Positions 37,059 through 48,059 are shown, counted from the stretch's first letter. The stretch is 64,000 nucleotides of DNA from Alkalispirochaeta sp. (GCA_965601925.1 OZ271854.1:4896001-4960000), one strand, 5' to 3'. Program-made: numbers and translations. The notes: generated from the sequence alone by a model not told the origin.

Positions 37059-38186
37059 TCAGTCGAATAGGTCCTTGATATCGCCGAGACTCAAACTACT
37101 TCCCGCTTCGCCGTCCTCGGCGGCATTCTCCCGATCCTTCATCGGGAGGAAGGTGCGGTTATACTCCCGCGCCAAGCGGTACACGTCGTCGTCACGGTAC
37201 AAATCGGGGACGCGCACCTCGAGATTGTAGCTCTTTTCGGTCATACCGCGGCGCATGACGTGAATCGGGTCGGTCACGGTGAGGGCGAACTGCGGACTGT
37301 AGACGAACACCAACACGAGCACGAGCGCGAATATAACGGCGAAATATCGCAAATTCTCCGCCGCCTGCTCTTGATTGAGGGGCTTCAAGTCGACGAAGAC
37401 GGCAACATCGCCGGTCTCGAGGAGACCGTAGTCCGACGCTTGATAGTATCGATCGAGGTACGCTTGGCTGTGCCTGCTGTAACGGACCTCACCTCGGTGC
37501 TCGACGGTGAGTACCGTCGGTTCGGTGTCGGCAAATCGGCCGAGCGCCTCCTCGTTGCCTTCATCGGCTAAGCCCTCTTGGGCGATGTAGTGTAGCGCCG
37601 CCACGGCCTGCTCCTGGTAGGTCTGTTCCAACGACGGGAGCGTCACGGCGGTACCGGCGACCGCGAGCACGAGCAGCACGAAGACGAATACCGATACCCC
37701 CATGGCGGTGATTGTCGCGACGTGGCGCTGCGCCATGACCGAATCGGCGTTCTTGATACGGCGAAAGATCTTGAGCACGCGCAACAGTCTGAGCACACGA
37801 GCGATACGAATCGCCTTGACGACCTTGAGCACGTTGAGCATCCCGGCGACCCCGACGATCGACACGCCGCCCACGTACAAGGCCAGGACCGACGGGCCGC
37901 TATTGAACAGCAGAAGCGGTACGCTGGCGAGAAAGTCGATCCATCCGCGATCGAACCACAGATAGCGCCCGAGTCGACGATAGCGAAAGGCGTCGTAACT
38001 GCGCGTAAGAAACTCTACGGTAAAAAAGAGATCGAAAAAGAACCCCATCAACAAGAGTATGCGTTGCGCGGCGGCGCTCCACGCCAGGAGCGTCGCGACG
38101 TCTTCGAGAAAGGTCTGGACCAACACGAGGATGATAGCCAAAAGGACGACGTTTTCTAACCATGAACGTGTTCTGCTCATATCCAT
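37059..38186 (-). CDS. Ion-transport (voltage-sensor-like) domain membrane protein with HAMP-like C-terminus
   Basis: FTVEFL...WIDFLASVP...KAIRIARVLRLLRVLKIFR (S4-like), periplasmic loop, TM and TDPIHVM. Confidence 0.75.
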   Translation of the reverse strand: MDMSRTRSWLENVVLLAIILVLVQTFLEDVATLLAWSAAAQRILLLMGFFFDLFFTVEFLTRSYDAFRYRRLGRYLWFDRGWIDFLASVPLLLFNSGPSVLALYVGGVSIVGVAGMLNVLKVVKAIRIARVLRLLRVLKIFRRIKNADSVMAQRHVATITAMGVSVFVFVLLVLAVAGTAVTLPSLEQTYQEQAVAALHYIAQEGLADEGNEEALGRFADTEPTVLTVEHRGEVRYSRHSQAYLDRYYQASDYGLLETGDVAVFVDLKPLNQEQAAENLRYFAVIFALVLVLVFVYSPQFALTVTDPIHVMRRGMTEKSYNLEVRVPDLYRDDDVYRLAREYNRTFLPMKDRENAAEDGEAGSSLSLGDIKDLFD

Positions 38187-38189
38187 TAC

Positions 38190-39116
38190 CTACCACGCGT
38201 TCTCGGCGGCGATTTTGTACAACTCGTCGAGCATCTTGATATCGAAGCCGTAGAACTTGTAATTGCGCCGCGCGGTGTTAAACCAACTCTTATCCGGGCT
38301 GTCCGCCCCCCTATCAACCTTGATGTTGGACTGATAATTGCGGCTCCGGGTGCTCAACACCGCGGTCAGACGCGCGGTCGCCTCGATGAATCGGTTGTCG
38401 TTGAACGAGACACTGGCGTGCACCGCGCTCTTGAGAATCGACTCGGGAATCGGCCGCATCTCCTTCTTGAGCGTTCCCAGCACCTTCTCGGCGAACTGAT
38501 TCTGAACCATGCCCGTAGCGCGATCCTGCGGCGCCTGGGCGGTCGAGCCCACCAAGAAAACCGTCGGCTTTAGCAAGAGATTGACCTCTATGAAGTTGCG
38601 AATCTCCTCGGGGCCCAGACGCAGCCGTTGTACCTTCGTGAGCTCGAAGTGAATGTAGGACTTACGAGCGAAGATCTCATCGAGATACCGGTTGACCAGA
38701 CCGAAGTGCAACGCCGTATACGCTCCCGTAAAGGCGCGGCGCGCCTCCGGCTTCTCGAGCAACTTCTTCGTCATGCCGATAAGCTGACGCGCGATCGCCG
38801 CGTCGTCTCCCTGTTGCTGCTTGAGCAGCTGAATGAACGTGAAATCGATCTTCTCGGTTACGACGGCGTCGATATCGGCAAAGAGCTCTTGATTGGAAAT
38901 TTGGTACAGAGCGCTGATAAGCAAGGAGAAGATCTGATTCCAATTCTTTCCGGGAAAAAACTGGGCCGAACTGAGGGTAGGGGCGAGCTGGGCGGCGTTA
39001 ACGTGGAGGAACTGAATGATCTGCTCTTCCTTCTGCAGGACCGAAAATCCTTTGAGGGTCGGGTTCTGCAGCAACCGGCCGATGAAGGCTTGCGCTTTCT
39101 CACTCTCGCTGTTCAT
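38190..39116 (-). CDS. Conserved hypothetical protein
   Basis: 308-aa ORF with strong host codon bias, in an operon with its neighbours. Confidence 0.8.
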   Translation of the reverse strand: MNSESEKAQAFIGRLLQNPTLKGFSVLQKEEQIIQFLHVNAAQLAPTLSSAQFFPGKNWNQIFSLLISALYQISNQELFADIDAVVTEKIDFTFIQLLKQQQGDDAAIARQLIGMTKKLLEKPEARRAFTGAYTALHFGLVNRYLDEIFARKSYIHFELTKVQRLRLGPEEIRNFIEVNLLLKPTVFLVGSTAQAPQDRATGMVQNQFAEKVLGTLKKEMRPIPESILKSAVHASVSFNDNRFIEATARLTAVLSTRSRNYQSNIKVDRGADSPDKSWFNTARRNYKFYGFDIKMLDELYKIAAENAW

Positions 39117-39304
39117 ACTGTTGTCACCTGCGCCATAATACTATGGTAATGTGCGAGGACTCAAGCCGCACGATTCCGACAAAAAGAAGAGATTTCGTCG
39201 TTTTGTTGAGTAGTACCGGGAGACATCGCTCCGTGCTGCGACCCTCATGCACCTCCCGCGACCGCTCGCTCGCCGTAAAACGCGCTCGGCACCGGACGCG
39301 TGCG

Positions 39305-42300
39305 GTGTGGCGACGATTCATCACGATACTCGTAGTGCTTGCGGCCGCTCGATCGGCGGCCGATGCGCAGGAGGCGCCGGCTCCCGGCCGGCAACCGGTC
39401 AATCCGTTTCTGGAGGATGAGGCGCCGCCCGCACTCTTCAATCTCGAGTCGGGGAGCACGGACGTCGATCTGTATGTGCTGGGGTCGTGGACCGCCTCCT
39501 CGCACATCGCGACGGGGTTTGCATTTCATCCGCCCCTGGAAGAGAACGGGCGGCGCGTCACTGTACCGTACGAGTATCCCGGCTTCGAGACGGTGTTATT
39601 CGCGCAAACGGTCGATCTGACGCTCTCACTTTGGTTGTACGAGCGCTTTTTTTTCGAGGCGAGCTTTGCCGACGAGTCCAATCTCAATACCATCGCCGCC
39701 GGATATTACGGACGAGAGGGCGAACTTGTGCGCGAACTCGTCGTCGGAAACGTTCCTCTCGCGGTGCAACAGTATCCCTACCAGTACGCGGGAAGCCCGG
39801 AGGCTCGCTCGGGACGGCGTCCGACCCCCGGTACCGTGCTACGCCTGGAGACCGAACGCACCTATCACGAACTCCTCGTTCAGTTGGAGAACTCGCGACA
39901 GGAACGCGTACGCTTCTCCGGCGGCGGAGTGGTAGAAGAGGTGAGAATCGCGCCGGAAAGCTACCTTCGGGAGCGCTTGTTCGTGCTACCCGACCGCGGG
40001 ATCCGCAATCTCGAGGTCTACCTCGAGGACGAGGAGGGCTCCGTCTTAGGCGGCGTCGGCGCCGCGCAACGGCGATTTCGCGCCCTGAATGAGGCGGACG
40101 GCGAGTATGTGGCCGACCTCGACGAGGGAACGCTCCGCCTCGGCGATGCGGTCGCCGGCGTCGGTACGGTTGCGGTCTATTACGAGACATCCCAAGGGGA
40201 GGTCGGAGACGCCGCCAACGGGACGTCCGCTCTGGTGCCGTTGGACGGCGAGACGCTCGCCCCCACGAGCGGATCACGCGTGGACTTTTCCTTTTCGAAC
40301 GCCGATCTCTACGATCTGTTGACCGGCGGCACGGGCATCGACGGGCCGGCGCTCGACGACTACGAACTGCCGTTGGCCGACGGTCGGTCGGCGCTCATCG
40401 TAGCGCGACCGGGACTCTGGTCACCCTTCGAGGCGGCGGGTCTCTACGCGTTGCCGCAGGAGATCGCCGACGACGAGGGGGCGTCCGACTCGATACGGAT
40501 CGCTCTCGTCTCGCGCGGTACGCGCACACCGATAGATGACGAGGCGCGCTACCAACCTGAGCGCATCGGCGACTCGGCGCTCCTGCTGCTGACGGCGACC
40601 GGAACGTCCACCGGAGAGTTGGAGTGGCGCTACCCTTTCGCCGGCCGTTCGCCACGGGAGGCCAACGCATCGATATACGGTCCCCTTGCCGCATCGGGAA
40701 TCGCGGCGTCGAACGTAGAGCTCCTCGTCTCGTACCGGAGCGACCGGGACAGCCTCTTTTTGGACGGCGACATCGTGCCCGGTACGGTCGTAATCACGGA
40801 GAACGGCCGTCCGTTGGACGGTGCGGAGATCGACTCCGCGACCGGCGAGATCACCCTCCCGCCGGGCCTTAGCGAAAACGCCACGATCGACGTGAGCTAC
40901 CGCGTCTATAGTCCGGGCGACGGCCCCGGCGATCTGGTGCTGATCGCCGGTAACCGCTGGCGGGCCGCTCCGGCGCTCTCATTGAGCCTCGCCTCCGGAT
41001 TACGATGGACCATATCGGACCAGGGTTTTTCCGAACAGATCGACCAAAACCCCGGCCAACTCACCGTCTCCGCCGGTGCGGAGTATACCGGCAAGCGGCT
41101 GTCGGTGGACGGTGCGATCGCACTTCAGGTCTCGCAAGCCGACACGACCGGATTCTTTCGCATCTTCGGAGGAAGTCCGGCGCAGACGCGCATCACTCCG
41201 GATATCGGTACGCTCTTCCCGGCAAGCGCGCCGACAGATCCGGTGCCGGCGGAGCCCACTCTCGATCTGACGGAGGCCAATCGTCGCTATCCGCGATATC
41301 GCGACTATTGGGAAACCGACGCACTGGGAGGCACCACCCTCGCGGCATATACCGCTTCACGCGCCGTCGACGCAGAGGAGTCCGGAGCGCGGATCGGTCC
41401 CTATCTCGCAAGCAGCCTCGACGATGATTTCACCGGGACCGTCGCGGTACTCGAGTGGGACGATCTGGGCGCCGGCGAGTGGCTCGGCGCGCAGATTCGC
41501 GTCTCCGCGGGCGAAATCGACCTGCGCGACGCCACCTCCGTTACCGTTTGGTACCGCTACGTCGCGACCGACTCGACGATCCCGACCGGTGCCGATCCCG
41601 CCCTTACGATACAGCTCGGGAGCGCGGCCGAGGACCTCGACGGCGACGGCGTCCTCGACGAGGGCCGAAGCGCGGTCGATCCGCTCCTCGACTTTGACGG
41701 AGCCGCGGGTCTGCGGCGGGCCGGTCAGGACGCGCCGATACGTACCGCGGCCCTTACCGAGGACGGCAACGCCAACGGGTTACTCGATATCGAGACGCCG
41801 ACGGCGATTTACTCGGGGACGGTAAGTGATCCGCTCGACTCCACCGTATGGCGCGAAGTGCGCCTCGATCTCGACTCCGACGACCGGAGCAATCTGGCGG
41901 CGGTACGTGCCGCGCGCATTATTCTCACCAACGGGAGCAGCGCCACGGACGACCTCGCCGCAGGACGAATCCTCGTCGGACGGATCGAAATCGAACGGAC
42001 GGAAGCGGCCTACATCGTGTCGAGAGGGGGCGGAAGCGCAACGGTGGCGATTCGAGACGATCCGGCGGGGAACGACGCAGCGGACGGCGTGCGTAGCCGA
42101 TTCGATCTGGTGGGAGAGCGTTTTGCCCCCGATGAGGAGGACCAGCGCGTTTTGGAACTCGACTGGTCGGGCGCTACCGCCGATGTCGAGGCGGAAATCG
42201 TCATACCGGAGTTTGCGCCCAACCGTTACGGCACGCTGCGCACCTTTATGTGGCTCTTTGACGACTCGGCGGTCGTAGGCGGCGACGACGAGCTGGTAGA

Positions 42301-44266
42301 GATCGAGCTCGCCCCCTCTCGCGGCGCCGCCGATGACGAGATCGTACGTTTTGCGTTACCGGCGCGGGAGATCATCGGACGTTGGCGACAGGTAGATTTC
42401 GATCTCAACGACGGAACGGTACTCGTCGACGGTGTTACGGTCTCGTCGTTCGATGTACGAACCGCCCCGGAGGACGCCGATTTTCTGCGCCTCGCTACGT
42501 TACGCGTCGGCGGCCTTGCAAACGGCACACTCTATCTCGACGAGCTTCACGCAGCGGACCCTCTCACTCAGTTTGCCACCGCCGCGCGCGTAGACGCGCG
42601 CTGGACCCATCTCATCGAGGAGGGCCGGCTGACGGGGGGCACTGTCACCGTCGAGCAGAGCGTGGACGCCCAGAGCGACGGGTTCCAGTCGGCGCAAACG
42701 CTGTCCGAGAGCGGATCGGCGAGTCCGGCGACGGTATCGAATCGCGCCCTGTCCAGCCGCACGGTCGCACGCTTCCGGCGGGAAGAGCTCGCGGCGGAGG
42801 TGCAAACGTCCGTGCGCGTCCTCGACTCCGGGAGTGACGGCGCATTCGGTCACCGGCTGGCGGTTCCCGTGCTCCCCCGCTCGATCCTCACTGTCGAGGA
42901 GCGCTTTCTGCGCGACTACTCGGTCGCCTCTCCCGTCGCGGACCGCAATGTGGCGATCAGTAGCCGCGGCTCGTGGGGCTCCTATCGCCTATCGGCCGCC
43001 AACCTCGCCGACAGCCGCGAGATCGAGCAGTCGTGGGCCGCCGTCGCAACGCCGCCGACGATCGGGCCGGTGGCGATCTCGCTCGCCCTCGATCTGGCGG
43101 TACGCTCCCTCGACAGAGAGATCGCATTGGAAGACTACGCCTCCTCGTGGGTGAGAAGTACCGAACACTTCGTGCCCCTGTCGGAGTCCGGACGGCGACA
43201 GGAACGACGCGCCGACGGCTCGGTCGATCTCGACCTCCTGCGGTGGTCGACCGGCCTCTCCGGGGGATGGACCAACCGCAGCTCGATATCGAGCGACCAG
43301 GATCACCGCGTGGATCTGCATTCCGAGCTTCCGATCGAATTCGACGCTCCCGGGAGGCGCCCGTGGCGCCTTGTCCCCTCCTACCGTCGTGATTACTTCT
43401 TTCAGGAGGAATTTGCGAGCGACACGTTTGCCGGCGACGCCGACGGCTGGGCCGAGCGGATCGCATCGGAGCCGCAGGTCTTCTCGACCGTGCCGATTGT
43501 GGAGCTCTTTCAGAGGAGCGATCGCATAGGCCTTACCTCGCTACCCACGGAGGGACTCACGCGAAGATACGACACAGAGGCGCGTGTGGCCGCGAGCCGC
43601 GCCTTCGCCTCCCGCCCCCGCGATCTGTGGGTACCTTCGGACGTAGAGGCGCTCGTTCGCCGAGAGCGGTCGTGGGAGGCGGACAGTAGCGAGGAGGTTC
43701 GATTGTGGCAGATGAGCCTGACCGCCGTCGCAATCAACCTGTACGGGACGGAGGGTAGCCGTCGGCGCTTCAATTGGTATCGGAGCGACGAGTTTCGAAA
43801 CGGTGTCGTCCTCGGCCTGGAGGAGGCGATCGACGGATCATCGCCGGCGTGGTCGATTTCGCTCGAGCAACAGACGGCGATCTTCGGCCATTCGGACAAC
43901 GAGTTGGAGGTTGTCTCGCGCGCCTCGATCGGGCGTGGCGAGACCACCGCGACCGACCTCTTCTCGGAGACGACGTACGCGTGGCGCCGGAATCGATATC
44001 CCCGTATTGCCGTGTTTGATCGCATGGAGGTGGAACCGTACTACCGTCACGAAGAACGCCTGAGCGCCGAGCTATCGTTCGAGGACGCTGGGTTTGTCGG
44101 AAGCGAGGTCCTCATCGGCCATCGTACCGTCCTGGTCGTCGGTACGCAAGGCGAGCTGAGTCTCTACGGGGACATCGGATGGCTCACCGATCCGGGAGAA
44201 TACGAGAGCGGAATGCTCCACGTCATCGGTTTTCAGGCGGGAATCGAGGCCAAGCTTACCTACTGA
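39305..44266 (+). CDS. Giant outer-membrane protein, SprA-like motifs (start uncertain)
   Basis: Signal-like VWRRFITILVVLAAARSAADAQ; EDLDGDGVLD and TEDGNANGLLD; IVPGTVVITENG...IDSATGEI...IDVSY; amphipathic strands; ends GIEAKLTY. Confidence 0.75.
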   Translation: MWRRFITILVVLAAARSAADAQEAPAPGRQPVNPFLEDEAPPALFNLESGSTDVDLYVLGSWTASSHIATGFAFHPPLEENGRRVTVPYEYPGFETVLFAQTVDLTLSLWLYERFFFEASFADESNLNTIAAGYYGREGELVRELVVGNVPLAVQQYPYQYAGSPEARSGRRPTPGTVLRLETERTYHELLVQLENSRQERVRFSGGGVVEEVRIAPESYLRERLFVLPDRGIRNLEVYLEDEEGSVLGGVGAAQRRFRALNEADGEYVADLDEGTLRLGDAVAGVGTVAVYYETSQGEVGDAANGTSALVPLDGETLAPTSGSRVDFSFSNADLYDLLTGGTGIDGPALDDYELPLADGRSALIVARPGLWSPFEAAGLYALPQEIADDEGASDSIRIALVSRGTRTPIDDEARYQPERIGDSALLLLTATGTSTGELEWRYPFAGRSPREANASIYGPLAASGIAASNVELLVSYRSDRDSLFLDGDIVPGTVVITENGRPLDGAEIDSATGEITLPPGLSENATIDVSYRVYSPGDGPGDLVLIAGNRWRAAPALSLSLASGLRWTISDQGFSEQIDQNPGQLTVSAGAEYTGKRLSVDGAIALQVSQADTTGFFRIFGGSPAQTRITPDIGTLFPASAPTDPVPAEPTLDLTEANRRYPRYRDYWETDALGGTTLAAYTASRAVDAEESGARIGPYLASSLDDDFTGTVAVLEWDDLGAGEWLGAQIRVSAGEIDLRDATSVTVWYRYVATDSTIPTGADPALTIQLGSAAEDLDGDGVLDEGRSAVDPLLDFDGAAGLRRAGQDAPIRTAALTEDGNANGLLDIETPTAIYSGTVSDPLDSTVWREVRLDLDSDDRSNLAAVRAARIILTNGSSATDDLAAGRILVGRIEIERTEAAYIVSRGGGSATVAIRDDPAGNDAADGVRSRFDLVGERFAPDEEDQRVLELDWSGATADVEAEIVIPEFAPNRYGTLRTFMWLFDDSAVVGGDDELVEIELAPSRGAADDEIVRFALPAREIIGRWRQVDFDLNDGTVLVDGVTVSSFDVRTAPEDADFLRLATLRVGGLANGTLYLDELHAADPLTQFATAARVDARWTHLIEEGRLTGGTVTVEQSVDAQSDGFQSAQTLSESGSASPATVSNRALSSRTVARFRREELAAEVQTSVRVLDSGSDGAFGHRLAVPVLPRSILTVEERFLRDYSVASPVADRNVAISSRGSWGSYRLSAANLADSREIEQSWAAVATPPTIGPVAISLALDLAVRSLDREIALEDYASSWVRSTEHFVPLSESGRRQERRADGSVDLDLLRWSTGLSGGWTNRSSISSDQDHRVDLHSELPIEFDAPGRRPWRLVPSYRRDYFFQEEFASDTFAGDADGWAERIASEPQVFSTVPIVELFQRSDRIGLTSLPTEGLTRRYDTEARVAASRAFASRPRDLWVPSDVEALVRRERSWEADSSEEVRLWQMSLTAVAINLYGTEGSRRRFNWYRSDEFRNGVVLGLEEAIDGSSPAWSISLEQQTAIFGHSDNELEVVSRASIGRGETTATDLFSETTYAWRRNRYPRIAVFDRMEVEPYYRHEERLSAELSFEDAGFVGSEVLIGHRTVLVVGTQGELSLYGDIGWLTDPGEYESGMLHVIGFQAGIEAKLTY

Positions 44267-44360
44267 CGACACGCGCGGCCGGTGCGCCGACCGACTGAAG
44301 ACTCGATATCGTTATGCCGAAGGGATATACTTTGTGAGTAGTCACAGGAAGGAGCAAACC

Positions 44361-45824
44361 ATGAAAAAATGTGTTGTTCTCCCGCTAGCAATCTCTATAA
44401 TGCTGGCGTCTCCGCTCTCCCTGGTAGCCCAAGAGGACCAATCGGAGGGGGAAATAACATCAGAAGCGCAATCCGACGCACCGGAATCGGCCGACGAAGA
44501 GCGCGGGCGACCGAGTAGCGCGTCACCCGGCGGCGACGGACCGTTCGGTTTCGGGATGGGTATCGCCTTCGGCGTCAACTCGTTCGAGGACGATCAAACC
44601 GGCGCGGTGGAAACATACCAATTCATCGGTCTTCGACCCGATTTCTCCTTTGGGCGGTTCGGTGTCGGCCTCGACCTTACGGTGAACTACCGCTTTACCG
44701 GTGGGGACGACGGCGATGAGTTCGAAATACGGGAGGAAGATTGGGAGCCCGACGACGAGACGTCGTTTCTCGAGTTGTATCTTCCGAAGTTTCGTTATAT
44801 CCGCTACGGACAAAAAGGTGACGACCTGTTCGCTCGCTTCGGAGGCTTTTCCGACTCGACGCTCGGAAACGGCTTTATCGTCGGTAACTACTCCAATGAG
44901 CTGTTCCTTCCCGAGCGACGCATCTTCGGCGGTAACTTCGATCTTGACGGACAACTGTTCGGCGTGCCCTACTTCGGATTCGAGACGCTGGTATCAAACG
45001 TTGCTGCGTGGGATCTCATGGCGGGTCGCCTCTATGTGCGTCCCCTCGCCTCCTTAGAGGCGCCGCTCTTGCCGGCCCTACAAATCGGATCGACTATCGC
45101 GGTAGACCGCGACCCCTTCTACTTCGAAGAGCGCGATCCCGCGAGTGTGTTCTACACGGAGGCCGATCCGCGCGTGGACGCTCCGGACGAGCAGATCCTC
45201 GTATGGGGACTCGACGTACGCCAGCCGATTCTCGCCACCGATCTTATCAGCCTTGCAGCGTTCTCCGACGTCGCCAACCAGGACGGCCGGTGGGGCGGTA
45301 TGGTCGGTGTCGGTGGGCGCATTTCGGGCTTTCTCCTCTACGGTGCGCAGATCCACCTTCTCGAGGACAACTTCGTCGCGTCGTTTTTCGACTCGACCTA
45401 CGATCTGAGGCGGCCCGAGCGGTACGCAATCTACGAAGAGGAGACCGAGACCGACGGCGGCGCGGCGTGGCTCGCACGTATCGGCTTCGCCTTTCTCGCC
45501 GATTCGCTCGTCTTCGACACGACGGTCAGCGGGCCCTTCGACGCCTCCTCGGGACGCTATCCCGAGCTGCGATCGAGTCTGCTGTTGGCGGAGGGCGTCG
45601 TACCGGGCTTCTCGGGTCTCAGCTTTCAAGCGAGCTACGACAAATTCAACCTGCGGGATTACGACGATTTGTGGGACGCCAAGGATTCGATCATCGGCGC
45701 ACGGTTCAACATCCGTTCCGGCCCGGTCATGATCTCCTTGTTGTATAACCTTACCTACGATCCCAACGCCGACGGCGACCCCTGGACGGTCACCTCCGGG
45801 TTGGAAAGTACGATTTCGTTCTAA
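44361..45824 (+). CDS. Putative outer-membrane beta-barrel protein
   Basis: Signal peptide, amphipathic strands, C-terminal STISF beta-signal; paralogue of the barrel part of the next gene. Confidence 0.8.
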   Translation: MKKCVVLPLAISIMLASPLSLVAQEDQSEGEITSEAQSDAPESADEERGRPSSASPGGDGPFGFGMGIAFGVNSFEDDQTGAVETYQFIGLRPDFSFGRFGVGLDLTVNYRFTGGDDGDEFEIREEDWEPDDETSFLELYLPKFRYIRYGQKGDDLFARFGGFSDSTLGNGFIVGNYSNELFLPERRIFGGNFDLDGQLFGVPYFGFETLVSNVAAWDLMAGRLYVRPLASLEAPLLPALQIGSTIAVDRDPFYFEERDPASVFYTEADPRVDAPDEQILVWGLDVRQPILATDLISLAAFSDVANQDGRWGGMVGVGGRISGFLLYGAQIHLLEDNFVASFFDSTYDLRRPERYAIYEEETETDGGAAWLARIGFAFLADSLVFDTTVSGPFDASSGRYPELRSSLLLAEGVVPGFSGLSFQASYDKFNLRDYDDLWDAKDSIIGARFNIRSGPVMISLLYNLTYDPNADGDPWTVTSGLESTISF

Positions 45825-45837
45825 AGGGGGCGGCACG

Positions 45838-48051
45838 ATGAAACGAATAATTGTTACGGCCGTCGCGCTGATTATGATCTCGGCGACTGCGGCTGCGCAA
45901 CAGTCGCCGATTGCGATCCTCGAGTTTTACGACGATGAGTTCGAACTGGTCATCACCGACGCCAACGGTTTCGATGTGAGCTTCTATATCGGCATGGGCC
46001 TCTCACCGGGCGACCAGGTGGTAACCGGCGACACGTCGGCGGAACTGCGTCTGGACCCGAACGGGAGTATCATTCGGATCGCCCCGGAGACGACCTTTAC
46101 CGTAGGCTCGTTTCAAGGTCGCGACAACGCGCCCGAGACGTCGTTCGCGGTGGACCGTGGACGTATGAGGATGGTCGCGGCCCGCATTACCGGACGCGAC
46201 TCGCGCTATAGCATCGTGACGCCCACGGCGGTCGCCGGGGTGCGCGGCACCGACTTCGGCGTATCGGTCGTCGGGGAGGGCGCCGGCGTTCTTCCGTCGG
46301 AGGAGCTGTTCGTCTTCGAGGGCGAGGTCGTTTTTTCGTCCTTCGTCTCCGGCGAGGAGATTTCGGTCACGGCCGGACAGTTCGCCGATGCGTTCGCCGA
46401 GACGTTTCTCCCGCAGGTGATGACCCCCGAGCAACTACAACTCCGCCGGGAGGGGCTCGATTTTCAAGCCCTCGATCCGGCCGATGTGCCCGGTGCTCCG
46501 GAACCGGTCGAAGAGGAGCCGATACAGGACGTGGAACCGGCTGTTGTCGATCCCGTTCCGTCGCCGGGAGCCGCCGAACCGGGGGCCGGTGACGAACTAT
46601 TTGGACGAATCGCTTCGTTTACGGGGCTGCAGGTGGGCTCGGTGACGATCAACGAGGAGACGTGGGCGAAAGTGGTCTTTCAACCACGTCTTTCCATCGG
46701 ACGTCTGGCACTCGAACTCTACCTTCCGATTACCTACCGAGAAAACCTGTTCGATACCGGCGACTGGTACCGCCCGGAGGACAACGACGAGTGGTCGTTC
46801 GGTACCGACCAAGACTGGTCGGAGGAGCCGGAAGAGGGGCTGCGCGACTTGGGAACCGACCTCGCGCTCAAGATTCGGTCCATCGAGTACGGAGAGCATG
46901 GGGATCGTTTCTTCTTCAAGGTTGGCAATCTTTCCAACTTCACCGTCGGGCAAGGGTTGTTGATGCGTAACTACGCCAACGACATCGACTTTCCGGCCGT
47001 GCGAAACGTCGGTTTTAACCTCGGCGCGGATTTCGGCGGTGTCGGAATCGAGGCGGTCGTCAACGACCTTACGGAGCCCGAGATTTACGGCGGGCGACTC
47101 TTTTTCCGCCCCGACGGCTCCCGGACCCCGGTCGCGGTCGGCCTCTCCGGAATCGCGGACGTCAACCCCACCGGCGAGATATCGGCTACGGGAGGTGCGG
47201 AGCTCGGAGTCGGCGTCGATGAGATATATACGGCCGCCGAGGATAGCGATCTGTACTTCCTCAATGTAGGAGCGGACATCGAGTTTACGGTGATCGATCG
47301 CGAGCGGCTCGGCATCATCGGTTTCGCCGAGATAGGAAGTATGCTTCCCTACGTGCGCGAGGGCACGACGTTATTCGGAGAGGAGATCGATTCGGGACTG
47401 CGCGACGACGCGGTGTTCGACTCGTGGGCGCTGAACAACTACGGTTGGAACACGGGCGTGCGGGGACGCGTGGCGCTCCTCGACTATCGCCTCGAGTTTC
47501 GCAGCTTCGACGGCATATTCCGACCGGGCTTCTACGGTCCGACTTATGATCGGATTCGCGGACAGCGAGCGGCGGAGGTCATTACGTATCTGTCGGACCC
47601 CGAGAACGAAGAGTTCGATGTGCTGACGATGGGCGTCGCCGGAGAGGCGGGCGCCAGTCTCTTTGAGGTGCTCTACCTTTCCGCCGGCTACTTCTGGCCG
47701 TGGGAGGTGGACGACGGATCGTGGCGCGGCAGCAATGAGGACGAGTTTCTCTTTTCGGTGACGGCGCAAGAGGGGTTGATTCCCTTCGGCATCCAGGCGG
47801 GGTTTGAATATCGTCGCACTCACTTCGCGGCTACGATCGCCGGTTGGGGAGAGTACTCCGAGGCGACGCTCTTTGACGCCAATACGACCCTCGACGCATT
47901 CGTCGCCTATCCGTTCAATGAGTTCGTGAGCCTCGTGGCACGCGTCTCCACCGCGGCGCAGAGAGACTCCGAGGGAGAGATCATCTACGACTCCGACGGA
48001 AATCCGCGTATGGCGCCGACGGTTGTCATACAAACCCAGATCGGGTTTTAG
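45838..48051 (+). CDS. FecR-domain protein fused to a putative beta-barrel
   Basis: GDQVVTG...GSIIRIAPET...TPTAVAGVRGTDFGV...VFEGEV FecR motif; ends TQIGF. Confidence 0.83.
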   Translation: MKRIIVTAVALIMISATAAAQQSPIAILEFYDDEFELVITDANGFDVSFYIGMGLSPGDQVVTGDTSAELRLDPNGSIIRIAPETTFTVGSFQGRDNAPETSFAVDRGRMRMVAARITGRDSRYSIVTPTAVAGVRGTDFGVSVVGEGAGVLPSEELFVFEGEVVFSSFVSGEEISVTAGQFADAFAETFLPQVMTPEQLQLRREGLDFQALDPADVPGAPEPVEEEPIQDVEPAVVDPVPSPGAAEPGAGDELFGRIASFTGLQVGSVTINEETWAKVVFQPRLSIGRLALELYLPITYRENLFDTGDWYRPEDNDEWSFGTDQDWSEEPEEGLRDLGTDLALKIRSIEYGEHGDRFFFKVGNLSNFTVGQGLLMRNYANDIDFPAVRNVGFNLGADFGGVGIEAVVNDLTEPEIYGGRLFFRPDGSRTPVAVGLSGIADVNPTGEISATGGAELGVGVDEIYTAAEDSDLYFLNVGADIEFTVIDRERLGIIGFAEIGSMLPYVREGTTLFGEEIDSGLRDDAVFDSWALNNYGWNTGVRGRVALLDYRLEFRSFDGIFRPGFYGPTYDRIRGQRAAEVITYLSDPENEEFDVLTMGVAGEAGASLFEVLYLSAGYFWPWEVDDGSWRGSNEDEFLFSVTAQEGLIPFGIQAGFEYRRTHFAATIAGWGEYSEATLFDANTTLDAFVAYPFNEFVSLVARVSTAAQRDSEGEIIYDSDGNPRMAPTVVIQTQIGF

Positions 48052-48059
48052 TATGTGAC

